A DNA stretch of 28,803 nucleotides. Origin: Veleropilina oligotropha. Its lineage: Eukaryota. A program made the position numbers and the translations under genes. Location of the stretch: the NCBI GenBank assembly GCA_048128005.1, contig JBEUKZ010000084.1, positions 434,001 through 462,803 of the forward strand. Reading direction: 5' to 3'. The notes under the pieces were generated by a model. It saw nothing but the letters and a program-made list of their open reading frames with translations. It was not told where the DNA came from and searched no databases. This document shows positions 11,955 through 21,801 of this stretch, in pieces; within the stretch, counting starts at the first letter, position 1; every line of letters begins with the position of its first letter.

Positions 11955-13024
11955 GCATACCGATGACTAACGCAGGGCCGGCGGGACGACGGAGTTCCAT
12001 GAACAGTGCTGCCAGGCCGCCCCCTCCCGTTCGACGCACGGCATCCATCAGTAATCCCTCGCCGGTTGTAGCTCCTAAACCGAAGAGGTCTCCACCGAAA
12101 GAATCGCCAACGCAGAGCCAACCGAAACACAAAGACAACCCAAACGCATCGCAAAACCAGTTAGCGACCAACAGCCATAAGCGAAGCCAAAGCGGAACAG
12201 CGGAACTTACATATGCCCCTGTACAACATCTGCCGCCAAAACACAGCAAGGATCCTCAACATCATAGTAGAGATCTGCAGCAACACAGTAGAGATCCGCA
12301 GCAACACAGTAGAGATCCTCAACAACACAGTAGAGATCCGCAACAGCATAGCAAAATTCCGCAACAGCATAGCCAAAAACATGTGCACCAGCAGTCGCAA
12401 CAAAGTTCGAACCGACAGCAACCACAAGGAAATAAACCGCATCAGGCAAAACTGCCACATCAGCACAGCCAACATGGGACCCAGGCACCCCATGGGAAAC
12501 AACAGCGTGCTCAACACGAGTATCAGGACCAATATGATCATCAAGACCAACATGGTCAACACCAACACGGTCAACACCAACACGGTCAACAAGACCAACA
12601 CCAACACAGTCAGCAAACCCCGAAGAAGGAGTCGCACTATGCGACCAGTGATCCGCTGGTTGACAGTTCGGCGTCGGTTCCCACCACGCCCCAGTATGCG
12701 GTGCCCACCATCGGTGTGCCTGGCAACGAGCAGAGCGGTGTCGACGTCATACAGAGTCTCAATGCAAAGTTCGCCGCTCTCAAGCACCAGCAGCAAGACG
12801 TTAGCCACGGTGGTGGCTCGAACTCAGGAGGGGCAGATCCGGACTTTCCTCTGCCACCAACAGACGACGAAATACGAGAAATGGAAGTAATATACAGCAA
12901 ACCAGTCGCTGTAACGCAAGGGACGTCCCCCTCCAAGCCTGTAAATAACCCATTGTTAAACGAAATTATAGAGAAAGGGGCCACGTTACGGAAGGTGTCT
13001 GTTAATAACGATACAGAAGTTTAA
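11955..13024 (+). CDS. MTSS1: MTSS1/MIM-like terminal coding exon G with Pro-rich region, Q/H repeats and C-terminal WH2
   Basis: TCTCTTGCAG acceptor in phase 1 with exon F and a 353-aa open frame. Contains PPPPVRRTASI and ends LLNEIIEKGATLRKVSVNND (WH2 helix + LKKV-type motif), with TAA at 13022-13024. Confidence 0.92.
12241..12372 (+). repeat. Coding 21-bp tandem repeat (HSRDPQQ-like, about 6 units)
   Basis: CACAGTAGAGATCC[G/T]CA[G/A]CAA-type units in frame. A 15-bp HQHGQ-type repeat follows near 12550-12600. Confidence 0.9.
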
Positions 13025-14084
13025 GTTAAATATGTGATAGCTTTGCAATGCGTAATACTCAAGGTTGAATCAGACAAAACTAATTATTGATGCGAACAAA
13101 TTGTGGTACGTACGTGCTGTTTGACAAGAGTAGGAACTTGATGACAAATGCTAGAATAATGCGTTTAATCTTAGCAAATGGAACACTGATTGTTCAACAT
13201 TATATAAATCAAGGATGAACACGACTAGAATTAATCAGGACTACATTTTTCTCTGCAAATGCTATTTTATTTAATCTTTCTTTCAACCAAATATAAAGAT
13301 TTTATTTGATCTGATGAATGTTGATAGTGTTGTGATCATGATTCCAATCAGGGACATGTATTGTGGTGTCAAGATGTAACAGGAATAAAGCAAAGAGACG
13401 ATTAGATCTGTGATTTCCTATCATAATTCTTGTATTAAGTATAACTGCGTCACACATTATTATCTTCTATACTACTGCACACGTAAAGATGCAGTGCGCA
13501 CTCTAGTCGGTTTGTTGTTTATATTTACGTAAATATGTATTTATAAAAACTGGAGATCTGTGGAAACTTACATCCTGGATGTTGATAATGTGGTGTACCA
13601 TCCAGTCACGATATAATTAACTGGAGAAATTTACGAGTTACTACTACTAGTTCAATTTCATCAACCAGCATTGTTGACAAACAAATTTGAAACCGTCGCG
13701 TTACTGTGTCATTGACGGTTGATTCATCGAACGTACGACGCCATTGATCATATTCATTCCTCTTGCAATTTTGACCATTTTTTATGTTTATTTAACTAAT
13801 GTAAAATTTGATTAGAAAATCTTCATTCATCAACGATCACTTTCTGTTTCATGAAACAATTTGGTTTTGTTGTTTATGATTACATACACCGATTCTAAAT
13901 TTCGAATGTTCCACTGAGCCTCACCGGTGCTAGAATTAATAATATGGTCCCAATTATCTCCCTTGATTGCTCTGATTATTAGGAGTTGGTTTCCAATCCT
14001 CGACAGCGGGCACTCCTCCCACGATAATATGGGCATGTCCCGATACGACCAGAATCAGCTTTGAAATGGGATATTAAGTATTTA

Positions 14085-14470
14085 TCCAACCTTTGAGAGT
14101 CAGGGTTTGAAGCTAGGTGGCTTTCGAGACCTCCCGGTCTCTTCATCAGCCATGTTATTGTGACATCACCCTCAGTCACGTGACGAGGTGTCACATGACA
14201 GCAGATTGCTGTAAACAGCAGGCAGCTCATACCCCTGGTCCCTGTTGAGGCTGGGCTGGTTGGTCCGGATTTCGATGGCCTCCCTGATTTTACGGCGCCA
14301 CCAATTATCTTCCTGGGCCAGTATCTTGGGGTCCTCATCCTTCACTGAGTGTTGCAACTTAAGGCAGTGCTCATCCACCGCTGTGATGTTACCCTTCTTG
14401 GCTTTGAGCCGAGTATCCATGGCACCCACATATTGTTTTCCACACCCGCATGTGATTTGATACATGAACA
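14085..14470 (-). mobile_element. Penelope-like element 3' remnant (GIY-YIG endonuclease C-terminus plus pLTR-like tail)
   Basis: Translation MYQITCGCGKQYVG...EHCLKLQH...KILAQEDNWWRRKIREAIEI...SLNRDQGYELPAVY is typical of PLE GIY-YIG domains. It is internally deleted and 5'-truncated. Confidence 0.88.
14113..14154 (-). ncRNA. Minimal hammerhead ribozyme core of the Penelope-like element, probably degenerate
   Basis: Minus strand reads CATGG-CTGATGA-A-GAGACC-GGGA-GGTCTC-GAAA-GCCACCTAG. The catalytic boxes and a 6-bp stem II are intact, while stems I/III and the NUH triplet are imperfect. Confidence 0.7.
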
Positions 14471-16802
14471 CTAAATATCCAAAACTTGTTTCCACATTTC
14501 AAATTGCACTGCTTTAGAATAGAGATCATGTCATTATCAAGGTATGATATTCTCTGGAAGAGGTTGTTTAAACATTGAGCTTATCCCACCATCAGTCGTT
14601 GATTGTATCATTAAATGTGGCATTGTCTGTCGTCTTCATGATTTTTGAAGATTTCTATTGTAAATATATAAGCATAGAGATATTTTGGCACAAAATCTTT
14701 TTCTCATTTTTGTATTATAATCCACTGACTTGTTGTAAAAGTATAGACGACAAAGACAAATAAACTTTTTTCTGAATACAAATTACATTATCAGAGCATC
14801 CAGACTTGTTTTTTATATTGCATGTTCGATGAAATTGAATCAAATACTTGTTCTGAAAATACCTGTCAGACAATGCAAATGCAGGTTCCCCTTGGTTATA
14901 AAGCTAGCTATGGCCTAGGGATTGCAAAGACTTTTCATATTTAATTTCGCACATCACTATGTTTGGAGCATTTTCATTCATAATTCATTATCATATTATT
15001 GTACCATAATTTGATCATAAAAACATTTGTTTTTGCACATCACATTAGGTATATATTAAGTGCTTATTTTGACATTTGCTCGGACACTAATAATTTGATG
15101 CTGCCCAGTTTTGTTTTGATTTGTTTTGCCAGATTTACTTGGCGTTTTAGCGAGATCCATGCTGTGGGTAGGTCTTGCCACTTGTTTTTCTTTTGTATAT
15201 AGGTCACTGACCGATGGCTGCCAGAGCTCCCTGTGTGTGGCGCAAAGATATCGACACACACTGGGATTACTGTATTATTTCTTAGCTATGTGTTGTTAAT
15301 TGTATCGATTGTTGCATGATTTTTTGGTGACTCGCGTCACTTGCTTTGATAATGATTATGTTGTTATAGAAATATTCTGTGCTGAGCGTTTATCATGTTT
15401 TGAAAAAGAGAAATTTCTGAAAAATAGATGGTTTCAAATGTTCTGAAATTATGCATGCTCCTATACCTGTACTTATTAAAGATGAAATGTAAAAATGGAT
15501 TGTTCTGACAAAAGTATTGTTCAAATTGATATTAATTTACAGTTACTCCTGTTGCATTTGGCGAGTTCTCTTTTTGTCTGGAACACATTGTTTATTCTTG
15601 CTCATTGTGGATCGTTACTAATTAGGATTTTCAACAATCATGATTGATAAACCTATAGAATTTATTCCATTCCATAATGAAAGGCAACAATTGCCTTATA
15701 ATATATATATTGACAGATGTAGGCAATTATTATTTGGGCAGTTATTAGAATATGAATATGTTTAAGTTGACCGTGCATCATGTTTACATACAATGAACAA
15801 TAACACCTCTGGCCATTTCAATGGAAAATATACATTTTATCATACAAATTGTGTAATTTTGTTCATAATTACGTCACGACTATGCAGAAATATTCATAAT
15901 ATGTGGTTTGTGCAAAATGTACACGAATTATTGAACATACTGTCATACCTTGGACTTTGGTAATATGTGCGATTTCCAATATAACAGTATTTTTAGTTTC
16001 ATAAAATTGTCGACAATCACGATAGCGTAACAAAAGAATACCATGCATTGGATTATAAATGCTGTCACATTTTAAATGTGAAAACGTTTATTCCTTTTTT
16101 GTCGTAATTCAGCAGTTAGAGGATATGATCTCAAAATATATATAAATCCAATTTATTTGTTTTGGAAAAATTCATGGAAATCTGTCTCTGCATATGTTTC
16201 TTCCATAGTGTTTATTTTGCTGATGTTGCGACAGTGACATCCAATTGCAGTTATGATTTATTATGTACAAGCAGTAAATTTATCGGATTTCATTGTTTAC
16301 TAAAGTGGTTTATGAATTTTTCTGGATTCTGAATGTTTTTCAAACGGACTTTTATTGGAAAAATATTTCCATCATGAAAATTCAATGAGATAAATATAAT
16401 TATTTATTTTTTGTAAGTGATATTTTCATAATATTTCCAAAGGTAATTTGCATTCGATTATAATGTACAGATATGATTATATACATACTATGGATGTAAG
16501 ATACAATGAGGTGAAAGTGTAAATATATGCAACCTGAATCTCCAAAGGTATTTCATTTACTAAATTCGATGTGAATGGATCTCAATTGAAATTAAAAGAA
16601 AGTATATTTAATGTATATATCCAGAATATCGAGCAGATTGTTTATTATTAATGCATGCATATTTGTATGCATAAATTAGATTATTTAATGAAATATGTTG
16701 TATTTTTTGCATACAATTAATTGAAAAGTGAACCTAATTATCCCTGGTGCATTCCTACCAAAAACTGCATGACTAGAGCTGTTACATGTATAAGATATGT
16801 GA

Positions 16803-17712
16803 TTATTGTATCCCCGAAATTTAACATTTCGGGGATAGTATGGTTTAGGCATCGTTCAGCCACCGCCGCAGAGATTTCTTGTGTGCGCTCTACAGTGAAA
16901 GGTTCTAATCCGATTTGGTATGCACGTCAGTTATGATGAGGACACGCCACCTAACGATTTTCGTCGTTTTCAGATCCAAGATGACGGCCATTGTATTTGG
17001 AGAAATTTCCTGTGTGCGCTCTACAGTGAAAAGTTATTATCCGATTTGATTCATATTTGGTGTGCATGTTCGTTATGATGAGGACATGCCACGTAAAGAT
17101 TGTCATTTTCGGATCCAAGATGGCTGCCGTGGTGGCCATTTTGTTTAGAGAGATTTCTTGTGTGCGCTCTACAGTGAAAAGTTATTATCTGATTTGATTC
17201 ATATTTGGTATGCACGTTTGTTATGATGAGGACATGCCGCCGAAATATTTTCGGATCCAAGATGGCGGCCTTTTTGTATGATGAGATTTCTTATGCGCAC
17301 TCTACTGTGAAAAATTATTATCCGATTTATTTCAAATTTGATATACACGTTTCGTATGATGATGACATGTCGCATAATGATTTGCGTTGTTTCTATATTC
17401 AAGATGGCCGTCATGGTAGCCATTTTGTTTGAAGAGATTTATTGTATGCACTCGACAGTGAAAAGTTCTAATCCGATTTGATTCAAATTCGGTATGCACA
17501 TTAGTTATAATGAGGTCACGCCACCTAACGATGTTTGCCATTTTCAGATTCAAGTCATTTGTTTGACCAGATTTCTTGCGTGCGCTCGACTGTGAACTGA
17601 GTTTTTGTCCGAATTGATACTACGCCTATCGATTTTCACCATTTACGTCATTTTCAGATTTAAAATTGGCTTCCAATGGGAGGGAGGACTTGCGGGGTCG
17701 AGGATGCGCTAG
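16803..17712 (+). mobile_element. Helentron-associated non-autonomous element (HINE/DINE-like), family A, about 6 internal repeats
   Basis: 5' hairpin TATCCCCGAAAT...ATTTCGGGGATA, short CCG repeat, 131-151-bp units starting AGATTTCTTGTGTGCGCTCTACAGTGAAA, and a 3' GGGTCGAGG...CTAGTT end. Confidence 0.85.
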
Positions 17713-18378
17713 TTCCTTCTTGATTCAGACCAGAAATGAAAGTTCGAACAACAGTTCTTGCAATGTTTATGATGAATAAAAGTTAACGTGTGCTTTGTAT
17801 TTATACCAATTTACAGTGATAACTTAGCTGTTCTTCACCACACAAATGATCATTGCACTTGACCCAACGCCAACAATGTTATTGCATCACGTATTAAATG
17901 TAAACAAATGGATAAACCTATTTGCCAATTTTCAGTAGAGCTAAAGATATTTGTTTCAATAATATAATGCTGTAAATTGTTGCAGTCTGAGCATTTCAAT
18001 TTGCACCTCGCTTTATCTGACCTTTTTAGAGCAAATATGTTCAAAATTTATATCTCTTACTTTTATCTGACTATTTTGCTTATCAGTTTGTTAATTTATG
18101 TATGATCTGTTTAGTTTTGAAATTAGGTTCAATAATTTATGTAAATATGAACACAGAAGGTGCCATATTAATGGCATCCCTTTGTTGTCATGGTTACGTG
18201 TTCATAGTAACCTAGATTTGAGCATGGTTTGTTTTGTACAGTCCGATGTTATGCTGTATTAGATGCGCTGAATAGCAATAGGACAGGTGTATCTCATGCG
18301 TTGTTTATATTGAAGATAATAAATGTGAAATACAGCCAATTGTAGAATTTCTCATTCCTGTAATTGATGGCATGCAGA

Positions 18379-18621
18379 GGCCACTCTGACAGTCGTGTGC
18401 ATTTGGTTGAAGACTCTGATGTCGCTGGCTTGATTCTGTTGACATGAACAGTAGTGGATCAGAATCTCAGTTGGGACAGTTGTCTGTAACTGGCCGGAGA
18501 GGTTGGGATTCCCCAGGTGATCCAACTTTTTTCCATGACCATCGCTAAGATGGACATGTCCAGCTTTGAATCTGATGGTTGTAAATATACAGGACATATA
18601 TGCATCGTTCCAATCCAATCC
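18379..18621 (+). mobile_element. tRNA-derived SINE, diverged copy
   Basis: CTGGCTTGATTC head motif, GGACATGTCC core, AAATATACAGGACAT tail and TCCAATCCAATCC end. Confidence 0.8.
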
Positions 18622-18656
18622 TTGACCTGCAGAAATTTGAACAAATTACATTGAAC

Positions 18657-19570
18657 TCATCGGGTCACCGACGGATAGCAACATTGAGCCGATCAGTGTT
18701 GTTCTCCTCGGGTCACCGACGGATAGCAACATTGAGCCAATCAGTGTTGTTCTCCTCAGGTCACCAACAGATAGCAACATTGAGCCGATCAGTGTTGTTC
18801 TCCTCGGGTCACCGACGGATAGCAACATTGAGCCGATCAGTGGTGTTCTCCTCAGGTCACCGACGGATAGCAACATTAAGCCGATCAGTGTTGTTCTCCT
18901 CAGGTCACCGACAGATAGCAACATTGAGCCGATCAGTGTTGTTCTCCTCGGGTCACCGACGGATAGCAACATTAAGCCGATCAGTGTTGTTCTCCTCGGG
19001 TCACCGACAGATAGCAACATTGAGCCGATCAGTGTTGTTCTCCTCGGGTCACCGACAGATAGCAACATTGAGCCGATCAGTGTTGTTCTCCTCGGGTCAC
19101 GGACACGGACGGATAGCAACATTGAGCCGATCAGTGTTGTTCTCCTCGGGTCACCGACGGATAGCAACATTGAGCCGATCAGTGTTGTTCTCCTCGGGTC
19201 ACCGACGGATAGCAACATTGAGCCGATCAGTGGTGTTCTCCTCAGGTCACCGACGGATAGCAACATTGAGCCGTTCAGTGTTGTTCTCCTTGGGTCACCG
19301 ACGGATAGCAACATTGAGCCGTTCAGTGTTGTTCTCCTTGGGTCACCGACGGATAGCAACATTGAGCCGATCAGTGTTGTTCTCCTTAGGTCACCGACGG
19401 ATAGCAACATTGAGCCGATCAGTGTTGTTCTCCTCAGGTCACCGACGGATAGCAACACTGAGCCGATCAGTGGTGTTCTCCTCGGGTCACCGACGGATAG
19501 CAACATTGAGCCGATCAGTGGTGTTCTCCTTGGGTCACCGACGGATAGCAACATTGAGCCGATCAGTGTT
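18657..19570. repeat. Minisatellite, 48 bp x 19
   Basis: Unit TCCTCGGGTCACCGACGGATAGCAACATTGAGCCGATCAGTGTTGTTC. Unit 10 has a 6-bp insertion. Confidence 0.97.
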
Positions 19571-19848
19571 TGAATGAGCTGCTGCACACAAAATTATCTG
19601 TTCTAATGTGATGTCACTGAAATTGTGATGCTAAATTTGACATGATGCAAAGTTATCATTTCCATTCATGCTCTTAGAAGTATATCTCCTGTGTGATAAC
19701 CTTAATAAAATACATATTTTTGAGATGGACAAGGAAACATGAGCAAAATTCATGCTGTGTGGCCTTAACAGGATGCCATATGGATTTAGATTAGCGGAGA
19801 ACATACTCTACTGACTTCACATTGCCTCCCTGTTATGGTCCCGTTTCA

Positions 19849-20053
19849 GGCCGCTCCAACAGTCATGTGGTAACGATTGCAGACTCTGAAATCACTGGCT
19901 TGATTCCGCTGACACGAACAGTAGTGAGTTCGAATCTCGGTTGGGACATTGGCATTATTTGTTCAGTTACGAATCGGTTATCCCTAATTGGTCGGAGAGG
20001 GCAGGACTTATCCTCCTTTGAACCTGATGGTTTTAAATATACAGGACATTAAG
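19849..20053 (+). mobile_element. tRNA-derived SINE, internally deleted copy
   Basis: GGCCGCTCC start, TCACTGGCTTGATTCCGCTGAC, B-box GTTCGAATCTC and the family tail. Confidence 0.82.
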
Positions 20054-21228
20054 TGTCAATGTAATCTATGGACGTGTTCTACTCCGATATCACTCATATC
20101 GACTCCCAGTGAGAGGATGGCAAATATGCAAGGATTAGTACACTGTCAATTGATATCATTGCTAACCTGGTATCCAATTAGGTTGATTGGATAATTGAAT
20201 CATGACTGGAGTTGAACTGCTAACCTCTGCATCCAGAGTCTCACGCTAGGCCATCATATAAGATGGTCATTTGATAACATAAGTACATGTATTTGATTGC
20301 CAATAAGAAAACCTTACATATTTTTCATGCCAAAATGTCACAACTGAAGAGTAAAAGTAATTTCAAAATCGCACTTTTGTGTAGTTCTTTCGATTGTGGT
20401 CATATTTATTATCTTAAAAATTTTCAACACTCACGTGTTGGCATGTGACTTAGTAAGATTTTCTTCTTTGAATCTTAATAAATGGTGCATGCCACCCAGG
20501 TGACAGTGTGTTAGAGCATTGCTCCAAATTACCTCTCGTTGATTTAGCCGGAGTGGGTTAGAATCCTTCACTTTATACAGTTAACAGTCACAGTGGGTTG
20601 AAACAAGCAGGCTTTCTCATGTCCCCAAAGCTTCAGTGAGGACCCACTTTCACACCTTGAACAAAATTAAATCCATCACCCATGTCAAATTTGTTTCCAC
20701 CTGATGGATGTTCCTCTTTAACCTTTGTTTGTTTGTTTACACAACTAAGAAAATGTATGGATGAATTTTGACAATATATGAACTTTCAGAATCAATTGAC
20801 CAAGGACATACGATTAGATTGACTGGATCCAGTAGGTGATGACTCGCAAAGAAATGGATTAAACGTTCAGGAACAATTGACGATATCTCATGGACTGGCT
20901 GATTAAGCATTTAGTGGGCGAAAATGCATTCGATGATCGATGGAACCATGCCTCAAATTCCTATTACAAATCTGGTCATTTCAGGAAATTTTCTAGTGGA
21001 AATAAGTAAACTGCCATTATACTTAAAATCTTTTAGAAAGTTTCTTTCTGCTGATCATTCTGGTGGCATATTGATTTACTACAATGAGAACTTTAAGCAG
21101 GTAGATTCAATCTACCTGCTTAGTTCTCATTGACATTTTTAAATTGCTGAGAAAACATCTTTAACTTTATAACACCAGATAACAATTTAATAAGCACAAG
21201 AGATACAAGCTTGATGATTCTACCCCCA

Positions 21229-21483
21229 ATGTTCAAAGCAAATAACAAACTTATACCAAGCTATATTTATAATAAATTTTCATACATCCACGAAGCGTCT
21301 GAAAAACAACTGCGTTCTAGTACATTAAACAAAATATGTCTTCCAAAACCTCGCACTGAATCACTCCGAAAGACATTTAGGTATTCATGAGCTCAACTCG
21401 GAAATAACCTCCCTCAAACTGTACAAAATTCAGAAAATGTGCAGATCTTTAAAAAACGTATGACCAGTTATTTAATGCAATAA
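21229..21483 (+). mobile_element. L2/CR1-group LINE ORF2 C-terminal remnant (pseudogenised); 3' UTR continues, interrupted, to a tail at ~24165-24196
   Basis: Translation MFKANNKLIPSYI...LRSS...LPKPRTESLRKTFRYS*AQLGNNLP...FKKRM has one in-frame stop. The tail AATAAAG(TAT)n lies at 24167-24186. Confidence 0.8.
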
Positions 21484-21801
21484 CTCAAACTTATTTAATT
21501 TCATAGCGTACGTATCTCTTATTTGAACCTTACTATTACTGTATCATATTTATATTTCAACTGCTTTTAACTTGAGATGCATATTCAGTGTCAGAACATA
21601 CATATTTATATACTTTTTAGTTCTTTGGTGACAAGAAGGTGAATCTTAATGTTTATATTACTTCTTAGTTTGCGTTTGGTTAGAATTCACACTGTTACCA
21701 TATTTATTGGTCTATATTCATATTATTTTATTTCTTCATAAAAGCGATTAAGTGTCTTGCATTGATATATTTGTTTAATGTTATTGTTTTCATTTTTATG
21801 T

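Noticed and set aside
11866..12984. Overlapping antisense and alternative-frame ORFs (127, 215, 225, 115 aa)
   Set aside because: Shadow ORFs of the GC-rich, repetitive terminal MTSS1-like exon.
16951..17553. Series of similar short minus-strand ORFs as a peptide gene family
   Set aside because: They are translations of the internal tandem units of the HINE-like element.
13025..17790. Defined 3' UTR and poly(A) site of the MTSS1-like gene
   Set aside because: Several AATAAA candidates exist (~13384, ~14759, ~17775) and cannot be distinguished without transcript data.
18600..19587. 325-aa (+) and 313-aa (-) ORFs as genes, or a CRISPR array
   Set aside because: The open frames follow from a 48-bp unit with stop-free frames. 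There are no spacers, splice support or recognisable domain.
20835..20902. Box C/D snoRNA (GTGATGA...CTGA)
   Set aside because: No terminal stem, no recognisable rRNA-antisense element and no evident host intron. These short boxes occur by chance.
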